64,000 nucleotides of DNA from Zygnema circumcarinatum SAG 698-1b (taxonomy: Eukaryota > Plantae > Zygnematophyceae): assembly GCA_037447605.1 (NCBI GenBank), contig CM074809.1, positions 1,850,689-1,914,688 on the forward strand, in the 5' to 3' direction. The position numbers and the translations under genes were made by a program. Of this stretch, positions 23,400 through 36,593 are shown piece by piece. The notes beneath the pieces are model-generated. The model searched no databases. It worked only from the letters and a program-made list of their open reading frames with translations, and was not told where the DNA came from. How positions within the stretch are numbered: the first letter of the stretch is position 1; the number at the start of each line of letters is the position of its first letter.

Positions 23400-26300
23400 T
23401 TACACATGGTGAGTATTCATGCGGCGTGTGGGATTTTGCGCAGCTACAGCAACAGGGAACTGGGTGCTGCTGTTCTTTGCTTTAGTGTCAAGGACACCCG
23501 GGGAGTTGTCCAGAGCACGCCCCCCACCTTCCTTTAAAGCGGACACTCGATCTTTCAAAGCTGACACCCTGTGCCGTAGCGACAGACTCGGATCTACGGC
23601 TCGCGCGGGCGCCCTTTTGGCCTCAAGCAGAGCTTCAGAACCGTACACTGCGTGTGAGGGCACACCCTTCATGGGGTCCTTCGTCGTCAAGTCCGGCTTT
23701 CTTCTGCCTCCGTTCTCCTTAGCCGGACTAATCTTAGCAAGAGCAGGTCTTGTTTGGTTATACATAATTCTCAGGTCGGGGCGAAGCATCACGTTTTCTG
23801 CCTCGATGGCCTTCTTCTTATTCAGGGGGGAAACCCCTCTAATGGAAGGTGAAGCAGATCGCTTAGGAGTGAAGGCTTTTCCTGCATCTTCATCGGTTGC
23901 ATGTGCCCTTGCTAAAGGCTTTTCAGCAGGTGCTGCTGAAGTTAAGCTTGGGTACACCTTTCCCCGATAGACCCTCCTTTGAGTGTTGGCTTCAACTGGA
24001 CTGAGCTTCCGTCCATCCATTTGCTTATCAGTGCTTTGTGCTCCTCCAAGTGTACCCTGCTTCTCCTTCGTATTTCTTTCTGTCGCAGTTTTCTTCTCAG
24101 GTCCACCTCCTGTCCAGCCAAACCTGTTGGCCTGATTCACCGTGGTTCTAGCGGTAATCCCCTTCCTGCTGTCTGCGACCAACGATTTTTCGTCTGCTCT
24201 TCCATTCTGTGATGCCAGTCCATTGTCATTCACTTTTTTGGGAGGTTCATCACCGTCAGACCCTTCTTCAGTTTCATCTGGTACAGTAAGTTGGCGGAGC
24301 TGACTCCAAGGCTGTCGTTTTGGTCGTGCATTCCCCCCAACCCTTGCAGCACTCGAGCCATAACTGTCCTGAGGAATGGCAAAAACTTCAGATTGCTTGG
24401 TTAGTCGCAAAGTCTTATGCCCATTTACCGCGTCGATTGAGCTGCCGTTTGCTAATGTGCTCTGCTGCTTTTTTCTCAAGTTCTCTTTACTCACGTCTTC
24501 CGATTCTCGCTGTTGAACAATACGCGCCGCAGTCCCTTCATTGTCTTTCAATCTGCGAGTGTTGAGGTGTTGATTGTTCGCATGTACGCTCTGACCTTCT
24601 CCGGAACCGTGTGAAGGAGCCTCCGCCTTCTCAAGCTTGCTATTAGACTCGTCTTTCATTGAAAGGTGCTCCCTGCCTGCAGCTTTCTGCACTCATGGCA
24701 GCTCATACACACAAATGTGAGTACAATGATAAATAACCACCATGATATGATCCTATACAGGTAGAATAATGACAAATCAGAAAGTCCCGTTAGTCGTCTC
24801 TGAGGGCAAAGAGTAAAAGAAAGGTGCAACCGGATACACTTTCAAGAACAGCAAGTCTGACTTATCCAACGACCTTCCGGAAGGGACTTTCATGACGCGT
24901 GTTGTAACAATCCGTCAACAAATACAAAAGACAGACACAGACTTCAAATCCACTTGCCCGCACATTCCATAATCTGTAATTTCACCCTTTTTTTGTGTCC
25001 ATTTCCTTTCCATTTCCTTTGCTGTCTGCAGATAGACGAGGTAAGGCTGACGCATTCCCACCCTTCCGCTGGCCAGCTGAGATGTGGGTGCAAAGATCAA
25101 GGTTTGCGCATTTGCGGCCTCCAGCAATTGGAGCTTCTCTCCCAGTTCTTCGGCCTCATCCTTGGCAGTAGTGAGTCTGTGCTCGAGCGCCCCATTTGCT
25201 TTGGTGCCTGACTCAGCTCGCGACTTCCATGTGAGAGGCATCACTGCCGACCTCCTGCTTGTTCCGCAAGGCTTTGCAACGGCAGCCTGAGCCTCTTCAA
25301 ACTGCCCCTTCAGATGGGCAACTGCATGCGACAAAGCATCACCATGTGGTCAGTGGCCCTGGAGAAGCCTGAATTATGCGTAAAGAGACCAGCCTGAGAC
25401 CTGATCCCTTGAGACCGGTCGGCTGCTGTTATAAATGGTTGGAGTATTCAGATACGAAGGTCTCTTTTGAAGTCATTGCACATAATTTCAAAAAAAAGGA
25501 GGTCACCTTGTGCTTCCATTTCGATGACAGCATCTTCCTGATGCATCAGCCTCCCTTGCTTCCTCTCGTCTTCCAGCGTATGCAGCTTCTCTCGTAGCTG
25601 CTGTACCTGCACTTGGAAGAAGCTCCCAATCCCTTTGTCAACGAAGTAATGGGTACAACGATAGGTGGCCTGTGAAAACGACTTTTCAAACAGTATCCAA
25701 AGCACTCGAGTATTTAAAATGGACTCGGTTGTGGTGAAAGCGATAGCCTTGCAGGTCATTGGAACATGGCTCTGATTTTCTTTGAACCTAAATTTTCGAT
25801 AAGTGCGGGTTGGTAATCTTGCTAATGCGATGCAACTTTTTCTGGTCAACAAATGGCTCACTATGAAAAAAAGGAAACAATGTTTTTTCCCATGCATTAT
25901 TTGAACACTCTGTGCAGTCACCTGGTGGCGCAGGATTGGAGTGGCCACTGCCTGCCCTTCTATGTGTCGCCATGCGGAGAGGCTTTTGGTGACCATGCCC
26001 CACACGCTGACTCGCAGACTGCGAGTGGGGCAGAGCACAGAGACCAGCAGGGCGGGGCCCTCCAGCAGCCCCTTCTCGCGGGGTATCCATCCTCCGGGTT
26101 TGCCCCGCTCTTGAGGCAGGGCAAGGAACATCTCTGCCTCCTGGAACACCCTGAAAGAGTGGAAGGACATAGTTGATCGCACCAAAAGGAGTTACAGGTT
26201 TTCTAAGCGAGTGGATAGTTGCTCTTCTCAATAAAATGATTGCTACCTAACACCTAGTTTTGAACTCAGAGTTGGTTCTTGTCACGAACTAAGCAAGATA

Positions 26301-28846
26301 CTAGCGGATTCGGGGGTATTCCTTAGACCATTACTTCGGGAAGTCTTAATCATCCAAAATGCCGACAAAATGGAAGGTGGCAATTTGCACATAAACTCAC
26401 CAGCTGGAGAAAGACTCTTCGTCACTGTCAGGATCTATCCGCAAAGTCCTTCCCTCTGCAGCGATGGAGCGTAATCCCACCCGCCCGTTTCCCGCACACA
26501 ACAGAACAAAGAGGCAGTCCACGGGCAAGCGGCCGAGGCCATGGCAGCTGACGTCAGTGCTCTCTGTCGCCCCCCAGGCAGACTCCGACGGACATCCAAG
26601 GACCCATCTGCACAGAAAGGAGCCGGATAATGGTTTACGAGCTTGCTGCGCATCCATGCTGACTTGTGCATTGTCCTAACATTGTTCAAAACGGTGACTA
26701 AAAAAGATTGGATCAGCAAGATGCTATCCATTTGCTAGGAAAGGTCAGAGGAGCATTGTCAAGCAAGAAGAATCCGACAGCCAAGGGGCTACCTGTCCAA
26801 CATGCTGTATAGATGCTGCTATTTATCGTGGCACTAATGTATGTGGCATGACATTGCGGTGATGAGACAGTTAAGAAAGTATTGAACTGAAAGGAAAATT
26901 CTGGGTCTGCTGAGATACGCTTGTGGAGGATCACTTACCTTCCATCCACTTTGATAGCTGCCAGTCGTTTGTCCTGGGCTTCAAGGGCGACCAGCGAGCC
27001 GTGCTGCAACAGCAGTGGCTTTTCCTCCTCTGCCTGTCCACTAACTTGCGGATTAAAGACGGGGATTCCAAACACCAGCCCACCAGAAGCAGATTCTTCG
27101 GCTTCCCTGGGAGATAGTTGCAGAACAGGCTGCACATCACCGGCCAGTACTGGAGTGCCCCGCACGGTTGGAGAGAGCTGCGGCTCGTCAGCCCAATCCT
27201 CCACTCCTGCCTCCTCATCATCCCGATCTTTAAACTGCTGCTCTACATCCTTTTGGCTAGTTTGCGTCCTGTCTGCCCTGCATCGCACTGGCTGCAGTCC
27301 CTCTTTCTCAGGTTCTGCCGGTTTAACCTGCTCTACATTAAGAGGCTGGTCTGTTTGATTTAATTTAAGCTTGCCGAGCTGTTGCGCGATTCCTTGAGTG
27401 CCTCCGATGGATGTTGAAGTGACTCTCCCATTGGTTGTTTCCAAATCATCTAAGTAACGCCTTGGGATGGTTTGACTTGGAGAATTCTGCGTCGTGGAAG
27501 CTTTATTATTGTTCTGTCTATAATTTCCCCCTGGAAGAACTCTAGGAGGTGTGCATTGCCTGGAAGCGGGCGCCGAGGACGCATTGACTTTCCTAGTTTC
27601 CATGTTTCCCCCATGCGAAGGTTGGAGCTTAAGGCTTCGTCCTTTCGAATGCATGGAGACAGTCGTGATGTCACTGCACTGACTCCCTGCACCACACGAG
27701 TGCAAAGAGTAACTTTTGTGAGAGGGCTGCGAACCTTTTTTAAGCACAAGGATGCAAAGCTTATTGCGAGCTGGCTGTGGCATTCGTAACTGTATGGCCT
27801 GCCAGTTCAAAGAACCTGTTCTCTAGTTCAGGGGTCGCACATGGAAGCTAACAAAGAGTGTCGCCATAATTGTCATCGTTAAGGCCTTTACTACAGCTGG
27901 AAAAATGAATCCCGCAAAATGTCAAAACTACACCCGGCACATGTTTGTTATGACATGCGCGCTTATGAGCACCGCCTGCCTGCACGGGCGTCTGGACTTT
28001 TCCCTGCCAATCACCACTGAACTTAAAGTGGCTATTTAGACACGTACTAAGTATAAGTAGTAACAAAAAACACAACGATAGCTAATTGACATGCTTACCT
28101 GCGAGATTGGGCATTCTTGCCTGAGCAGTTGCGCTTGTTGATGCCTCCAGGCTACCCCGTTTGGAGCTCCGCCCCATACCCAACCGAAGCCAGCCGGAGC
28201 CATGTCGACTTTGCGACATTTCCTTCGCTTGCGCATTTTCAAAGTCATTTTCTTTCGACGTTTTGCTGCTTCCCTTACTTCCCCACCAGGATTTTGACCA
28301 GCTGGCCTCCCGAAGAGGTGAGCTAGTTCTCCCGCCCTCGATGTTCCTCTTTTTCTGCAGGTCCGCATCACGGAGTACGTTCTTCTCGCCGTCTCTGCTG
28401 GATTGTCTGAAAGTTTTATTTCGGCCAGGGCCAACTTCTATGCTATCTTTTGATATTGAGGGAAAATCCACTACCGCGCCCTCAGCTCCGGAACCAAACG
28501 TCTCTTCCTCAACAGCGCCATAAATTTCTTCGTGATGTCCTTCCAAAGAGGAGCGTCGACCGAGAACGCCCTTCTTCCAAGATTGACCTTCCTTTAAACC
28601 TATCGATCCGTAAACAGCAGACTTGCGTTGCATGGAAGGCGTGGGAGGATCCTCTTTCGTATTGACCTCTGAGGGAGAAAATGAAAATGACTTCTGGACA
28701 ACAGAAGCGCGCAGCTGCTCAGTTGCCTCAAGCATTGCGTCACTGAACGCGGGACTCAAAAACAGGGCGGTCCTCGGAAACGGGGAGGCATCTCCACCAG
28801 CCGCCTCAAGGCCTTCAGAGTCTTGCGAGTCGGGACTGTCTGACAT
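23400..28846 (-). CDS. Large multi-exon low-complexity/coiled-coil protein, family not identified
   Basis: Long open exons ~28097-28846 (MSDSPDSQDSEG...), ~26939-27815 and 23400-~24690, plus heptad-like exons near 24.9-25.6 kb (VQQLREKLHTLEDERKQ, LEHRLTTAKDEAEELGEKLQLLE). GT-AG boundaries are present; the internal exon structure is approximate. Confidence 0.7.
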
Positions 28847-28859
28847 GGCTGCGCCACCG

Positions 28860-29095
28860 CCTCTCTCCCTCGCTCCCACTGCCTCCCTCTCCCTCTCCCT
28901 CTCCCTCTCCCTCTCCCTCTCCCTTGTCCACTTCCACTTCCTCTCCCTCTCCCTCTCCCTCTCCCTCTCCCTCTCCCTCTCNNNNNNNNNNCCCTCTCCG
29001 TCTCCCTCTCCCTCTCTCTCTCCCTCTCCCTCTCCCACTTCCTCTCCCTCTCCCTCTCCCTCCCCCTCCCTCTCCCCGTCCCTCACCCTCCCTCC
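28860..29095. repeat. (CTCTCC)n purine/pyrimidine microsatellite in the 5' UTR, containing a 9-N assembly gap (28982-28990)
   Basis: Directly visible tandem hexamer and N run. Confidence 0.95.
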
Positions 29096-30503
29096 GCCTT
29101 GAAGGGCGCCCGCCCGCCCGAGCTCTGAAGGCCGTTGAGCGGTTCAAATTTGAACGCCGCGCCGTCCACTGCTAGCCGTAGGGCGTAGGCCCAGCCACAC
29201 GACACGATACGATACGATACACAGTACGTCGCGATACGATACGACCGTACGGCTCGTGCTGCAGCGCGACGACACGGACGACGTTCGGAGATTTTGGCCC
29301 TCTCACCCTTCCGTACGCAGGTACCGTTTTCATGTTCATGCGCAAATCTGAGTGCTTAAAGCGAGTACTCGTCATTCCACTTTTGTGACCTATAACGCGG
29401 GAACCAGGTACTGATTTCGAACAAGTGGCGCCTCGCAGCATACGGTGGTGGATGGTTTTGCGTGCCTGGCAGAGGGCCGGACCGGCCGCCGCTTGATTGC
29501 ACAGGTCGCAATGGAGAGGGCCCTCAGTGGTGGCCTCAGTGCCGCTCAGCGTTGACCAGTGCTGACACATTCGTGCGGGCTGCAAGTCTCGATGGGCGTC
29601 TTGGAATCCAAAAAGCAGATTCAAACCGGAGATTGCATAGCTAGCTTGTCACTTTTTAATGTAGATTTCTTTTGTCCAATTGCGTTCGTTGACAAAACTC
29701 ACTGTGAGGTGGGCCTAAAAACATGAAGGGAAGTAATAGATTATACAAAGCTTTACGAAAACAAATTCTTTTAACGGGCACAGACATTCAAGGAAAAAAA
29801 AAAAAAAAAAAAAAACCAAGCAGTCAACAGGATTTGCGAAGGAGTAAACAGCTTAGACAAAACCCGGCATGATGGGAAACTAGCGAAGGAGGGTAAGTCG
29901 TGAAAACAATGCAAACTACGAATGAGGAATAATTCTTTTCTTAATCAATAACATGCTGTGACCTTATAAGAGCACCAAATGGCCAATGGAAGGTCACCTG
30001 GTCAGGGGGGTCATGAGAAGTGGCCACAGGTCATGACCCGGTCATGGATTTGTTCTTCCCATGACCTCCACTCTCAAGGCAGGACAGCTGCTCCGCCGCT
30101 GCTCTGCACTCTGTCGCGGCTTTAACAGGCGGAAAATTCCTGACTACCTTGCATAGAAATTAGGGGGGATCAGCAAGAGCCAGTTGGACCACAGTAGGGT
30201 GAAACGGAGCAAGTCCTGCACGGAACAGGACTCTGTCAAAGCCGGCTTGATGAGGCCGAATGGCGCTTGACGCGAGCTCCCAGTGGGCCTTGAAGGAAAA
30301 AAAGAAAGGAACGAGTTTTGTACTGACATTGAACCCCTCCATGGGGCATGCACACACTGTTGTTACCATCCGTTCACCGATGGGCGAGTACACTGAAAGT
30401 TTCTTGTTGAATATAGCGGGCTTAGCAGAAAGATACAGTGAAGAAGGCAACCTCCAACAACCTCTTCAGTCCACTCCCCTCCTATCGGCATATGTACAAG
30501 ATG

Positions 30504-32196
30504 TCACCGAGACACAGGCTGCCCTGTGCGCAATGCTTCCTCGTCCTCTCTCACTATCGCCTCTCGTTTTTTCAAAAACTGCAAAGGAATGAACAAAGAA
30601 AGCGTACTGTTAGGGAACAATGAACACTAAGTTCATCCTGTCTTCGTGCTACACTGGAAGAAACGCGAGCACAATCCTCCAAATAGAATAAAAACATTCT
30701 TCCTTCAGCAGTCCATGCAGGATTTACTCACCTTGTCTATAGCTACCTGAACTGCATCGCGGCCTCCGACCAGGAGCCGTGCGATCTGTCACATGACAAC
30801 TGATAAACATTGAGTGAGAGAAAGGCGAAATTGCCGCAACCAAAGAATGCAAGCGACACGTTTGTGTAAATTACGCATCACGATGTGATCATAAAGCCAC
30901 TGCATAACCTTCAGCTGCCCGTTCAGAGTGGTGTACAATTTCCCATTATAGCTACATACTTGGTTACATCAACTCTTGAGCTGGAACTGTACGCGCCATT
31001 CTCCGAGCTCCTGACGAAGGGCAGCCTCTTTGATACAAGTCAACTATCTAAGCCAAAGACTTACATATGGCAATGTAGAAAGCATGTCTGATTGTGTATC
31101 AGCAGCACAATCGTCCCCATGCACATTCCTCCAATCCAATAGAGCCATTTTGCCCCCTAAGTTCGCAAGCCATCTCACCATCTCCGGGTCCGTTTCAAAG
31201 CGCGCCGCCTCAAACTCCTTCCGTGCGCTGCTCCGAATTAGGTCACGCCTGGGAGAGCCACCCACACTCTGGAGGCTTCAGCCACCCCAACGCTCTCTCA
31301 CGTAGCACAAGAAGGGCATAAAAAGGGCATAAAAAATTGCAAAAAGCGTTCGGGCCAATCGAAGAGAGGTAAGGTATTTTTGTCAGCCGGCTACATTACA
31401 GGGTTCAAACGTTTCCTATTGACCAGTAAATAAATAAAAGACACAATGCTCAAATTCTCTTCCAACTAATCAACCTTTTCAATATTCCAAATAGATCAAT
31501 TCCAATGCCGTTTAGGCCATACCAAACCACTCCCTGCTCGTTGCGCCAAACAAATAGACGAGATGTTCGCAGCACTTGGCGGTACCTGAGATCACGTGTA
31601 ACCACCACGACCATTCATTATAAAATAACGTGAGCTATCGCCACTGTCGAAGGCCTAGCACCCACAAGGACCGCTCAAATAATCCAGTTCCTGTCTGTTA
31701 CAGGATGTCCAAAACACAGAGAGTTGCTGCTTGGGCTACATGGAGAATAATGCGGCAGGAACAGGACTGCAAGCAGAGAGAGAGTTAAAAAAGGAAACAG
31801 CAGAGCAAAGGAGCTAACGTGAACGAAAACACTCGGTTCAAGTACATGAAATCTGGCATGTTTCCTAGTTACGACGACGAGGCAGGCACATGCCGCTATA
31901 AAAACCAAAATAAACACTGCTAAGCATGTCAAACCCAATAAATAAGCACATACTCACAACGAGAGCGCTTCTCTCCGCGTACTGGTGAGCCGTCGATCAG
32001 CTTCCTCTGGAGACTCTTCTTTCGGCTTCGCCAAATGCTGCTCAATGATTTCCGCCACCTCGCCATATCCGGAGCTCGTCCGCATTCCACGAGTCGCCTG
32101 TCCCTGCTTCCAGCCGCCGTGGACAGAAGCAACTGCTCCATGCAGGCGAGAAGACACAGAGAGCAGAACCACTCGCCTCCCCATACTCAGGGTCAT
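30504..32196 (-). CDS. LYR-motif (Complex I LYR family) mitochondrial-type protein
   Basis: Exons 31958-32196, 31523-31585, 31179-31248, 30732-30785 and 30504-30578 splice in frame to ...TSTRREALSLYRQVLRTSRLFVWRNEQGVVWRDLIRSSARKEFEAARFETDPEMIARLLVGGRDAVQVAIDKFLKKREAIV...*. The start codon is uncertain. Confidence 0.85.
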
Positions 32197-32669
32197 TGCA
32201 TAACTCTACAATAATGCCTTCTGGACAGAGAGCCCGTCCCTGAACCTCAAAAAGATGCGGAGCTCAACGAGGTCCGCCATGGCCGCGCCAGCCCTGCTCT
32301 CTCTCTCTGCCCTCCCCTGCGACCCCTCCAGCCTCCGACCATGCCTAGCTTCCTCCAATGGGAACTCGCCACGTACGCAAGGTCGCGAGGCGTCGACCAG
32401 TCATAGACTGCCACGTCAACGACACGTGACGAACCACTATTGGCTTCCGCTTGGAAGGCAGCCCCGGTGGATCCGGGAGAGCAAATTTTCCACTTGGATT
32501 GGGGTATGAAATGGCGGCCATTGATTCGTTGAATGTTTATCCCGCGCGTGTGCACCGACAGTTGCCTGTTCCGGGTCATCAGGTAGATCTCGCGTAGATC
32601 AGCAAAGCGCTGATTTATAGCAGGCCCTTTCCCCCTCTTGCGCCCTCTGCTGTTCTGGGAGCTAAGTCC

Positions 32670-35153
32670 ATGGCGACCATGGCGGCCCGGGGGGCGCGCA
32701 GCAGTGCCGCCCTAAGGAGAGCGCTGGGGGAGTTTGGCGGACGCGAAGGAGCAGCGCAGGTAGCAAGGGAGGGAGGGATGGGCTGCTGCGGGGAGTGGCT
32801 GCACAGGAGGAGGACATGCAGGGCGGCTGGTCGTGATTGGAGCATGTTAGGGTTCAGTAAGGGCATCTTCGCAAGTGTTTTCGTGTGCGCTAGTATTTAA
32901 GCCCTCTTTTATGTTCAATTATGAGCACTTGTTGCTCCACATGAGCGAGAAATGCCGCGGGGTTCATGTTTTGAGAAGTCGGAGGTGTCTCAAGTCTGGC
33001 GGCATATGGTTCCAGGCGCTGCTGGCTGCTGGGTGATGGCTGCTGCAGGATCTGTGCAGGCGGCCATGGCGGACTCTTCTGCGGGAGGTTATGACCGAAA
33101 GGGTGCTGCCAGCTGGCAAGTTGGAGGGGAAGGTGGCAATCGTTACAGGCGCTGGCGGGTTAGTCGCATTCTCAGCTCCCCTTCATCAATTTCTCGCTTT
33201 CCCTTTTTTCTAGCAATTGTACTCATTGATCACAGCAGTCGTCTGAATTGCTTACTTTCCTGCAGCAATGCGCAATTTTTGACTATTTTAAGACGCAACT
33301 ATTGCGGCAGCTTCGAATATTTCGTTCACACAAAGCAGACAAGAAATTAAACTACATTGGTGACAAGTGTTTCAGAACCGCACCGCTGCTTCGAAGCTCA
33401 ATTCCCACAATAGAGGTTACTAGGGTGAAACAAAGGATAACATAAACGCTATAAATGAACAGAAGTAATGAACCAAAGTATTCATATCACAATGCACAAG
33501 GCAATTGCGTCACGCCAGCACGATGACTAAGCCAATACCGAGTGACTAAGATATTGCAAAAGATCGACATGATCATGCAGTTACTGACCCTTGAAAACTT
33601 GGTCTAATCACAAGAACATTGTGAACGTTTTCTTCTTATTTCCTGCGCATTCCCCCTTCCCCTCTGCCTACTACTTTCTCTGCCTTAATTCCCCATCCTT
33701 CCCTCTTTTTTCCCTAAATACTATAGACTAGAGTAGACTACAATCCTGAGGGGAGAATTTTTTACCTCCATTTCAGAGGCATTGGGCGGCATGCCTCCGT
33801 CCTGTTCGCCCACGAGGGTGCCGCAGTGGTGACCACCGACTTCAACATCGCAGCAGCAGTGCGAACAGCAGACGCTATAACGGATTTTGGAGGAAAAGCT
33901 ATTGCAGTTAGTGGAAACATTGCAGATTCAAATGATGTGAAGGCCATCATTGCCACCGCTGAGGTGAATAGTTGGCTTCACCTTCTTCCAGGCCCAACTT
34001 TTTCTTTGGCTCGTTGCGTCAGAGCCGCTAGTAACGATAATATCTCTGAATACATATCACATGCAGATCCGCTGTGTTATGATCTTACATTCACTGCCTT
34101 TGGGTGTTCTGTTTATTGCTTGGAGCAGAGGGAGTTTGGAGGACTGCATATTCTTTTCAATAATGCGGGAATTATGGAGAGTGAGGATGACGATGCCGTG
34201 AATACTCCAGAAGAAGTGATTGAGAGAACGCTTGCAGTCAACGTGAAGGTGAGAGTGAGAAGAAAAGCATAGGTCTGCGGAAACGAAAAGTTTCTGCCAT
34301 ATGTTTTGCCCGGAGGCAGGATTGCATGACTCCACTGGACTCCGTCAGCTACAAACGCGTCATGTATATCACACAATGGCAAGGAAACTTTCAATTCAGA
34401 TTACAAATCCGACCTTTTGGCGCACCTTTTCAGGGGGTGATGTACGGCTGCAAACATGGAATTCCCCTTATACGGAAGTCAGGGGGGGGATCCATCATCA
34501 ATACTGCCTCATTTGTGGCATTCATTGGTGCGGCCACCCCACAGGTGTGCGCATAATTGGCGTGCCCCTTTCTTTGGAGCTCACCTTGAGAATCCAGTGA
34601 ACCTAGAATGAGTGTCGTGCTTTGACTGATTTTTGTAGCAGATTTCATCTTTCTAATTCTTAGATGGAGTTCCTCCACCTGCAAGTCAAGCAGATATTAA
34701 CGCATCATGAGGGAGTGTCAGGTTGCGTATACAGCAAGCAAGGGAGCTGTTCTGGCATTCACCCGCGAACTGGCAGTAATTCATGCTCGGGAGAACATTC
34801 GAGTGAACGCCCTTTGCCCTGGACCCCTGAGAACGGAACTCCTTATGAAGGTCAGCCTTGAAGCAGGACATGATTCCTCCATTGTGTCCTTCGGATGTGC
34901 GACAATGGTCTCAACTCCGAGAGTGCAGTTTTCTTACCCATCTCCGCCAGTGCAGGTTTTGGACACGGAGGAGAAGAAGCAGCGGAGGCTCGTTCACATT
35001 CCCATGGGCCGCTTTGGAGAGGCGGCAGAGATGGCCAAAGCAGCGCTGTTTCTCGCCTCGGAGGACAGCTCCTTCATGACAGGCGCGAGTCTCCTCGTGG
35101 ATGGCGGGATCACCGCCGCCTACACCACGCCCCTCTCTCCAGGCAGTTCCTGA
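32670..35153 (+). CDS. Classical short-chain dehydrogenase/reductase with transit-peptide-like first exon
   Basis: Seven exons: 32670-32759, 33049-33158, 33777-33963, 34129-34248, 34434-34544, 34722-34850, 34956-35153. All keep frame. Motifs TGAGGGIG, NNAG, YTASK, NALCPG and LLVDGG are present. Confidence 0.95.
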
Positions 35154-36593
35154 CATCCTCCGGTGCATTGCTATGCTGCAGCAGGTCGTAGTGGTAGGAA
35201 ATAAGCTTTTTTGTCATAGATTGAAATTGGGATTCGTTCTTTGTTGTTTCTTGGCTAGAGTTGGAAATAGATTGTCGACAAACAAGCATGCATGCATGCA
35301 TTTCTCTCTATTAGATGAGGCAGTTTGTATATTCCCCTGGACTGATGTCTGGAAAATCCCATTGACAGAATTTATTTTGGTTACGAATACCTCAACCATG
35401 ACCTCGACTGACGCCTCGTTTCAAATCTAACTCCAAATTTTCCCACTTGCTTGCAATTAGACAGAATGTCTCATGTCCATGAAGATGAACACGTCCATGT
35501 CCACAAACAAATCCCATGTCCATCTCATATCCCCTGAGGCCCGTGTCCAAGTAGACGAGTCCCTCGTCCTGCCCAAGGCGCACCCCTCTACATTCTCCTT
35601 CTCCAACAAGTGAGTGTTAACTTTGCATATCACATCACATCACATCACATCGCCTTAGCCGGACTGATATGATGAGCTGGCCGCCAACACTGAAGGTTGG
35701 ACGGATGCTAGCAGGCCCTTGAAGGGCGACATGCTCAAGGGAGGCGTGTACTGCAGCTGTTATCCGACTCTGGATTTATACTTCTTCGCTGTCAGGGCTG
35801 CCCAGGAGGGAAATGCGCGGCAGGGGTTGTGCATGCATGGCCTCACCGACTGTGCTCCGCGCGTGAGCCACATGACACGCTGTAGAACTGGAACTCTTCG
35901 CCAAGGCTCAGGGGGCAGCACATCACAAAAGCAATGTGTGGTGTGGGCCTCGGTGCTCAGTACACTGCGCCTGGAGTAACCATTTACAATGTCTCAAATC
36001 AAATGTAACAAAATTGCATCTGAGCCGTCACCAAACAGACTGCAGGCTCACCCACTGCCACCCTCTCAACACAGCCATGAGAAGCAAGACAAAATGTCGC
36101 CCACACAAGCGCATGGTCACTTCAATCATCATATTGCTTGTGAGAACAGAAAATCTCAGACAAAATTTAAGAATCCTTTTTTACTCGGACATTGTCAGCA
36201 ACACCGTGGCCGGCGAATCGAGGGCTTTCACCGAGAAAAGGCGCAAAAATGAGCGCTTCAATATAAGAAAGAATAACAGTTCGCAGGAGCGAAAAAAATG
36301 TAAGTAGGGTTGGTAGTTGTACAGGCTACAGGCTACAGGATGGAGAGTAGCGGGAAACTACTCCTGCCATTTTGCATCCCGTGCTTGCCATAAGCGGGAG
36401 GCTGTGACCTCACAGTAGTTACCTTGCAAGGTTGCCCCAGAATCTGAACTTGGTGCATAGGAGACTCCTCCCCAGCTTCCACCTCCTCTGGTCCGGTCAG
36501 CCAACAATGTTCTAACAAAGAATCAAATACAGCACACATATGGCACAGCTTATCGACAACTTTCAGCAAAGAATGAATTTAGGTGCTCCCTTC

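Noticed and set aside
28847-29175. ERERER/SLSLSL/PSPSPS ORF extensions
   Set aside because: Translations of the (CTCTCC)n microsatellite across an N gap.
31675-31938. 87-aa hydrophobic ORF resembling a small membrane protein
   Set aside because: It lies inside a T-rich LYR-gene intron, where hydrophobic translation is expected by composition.
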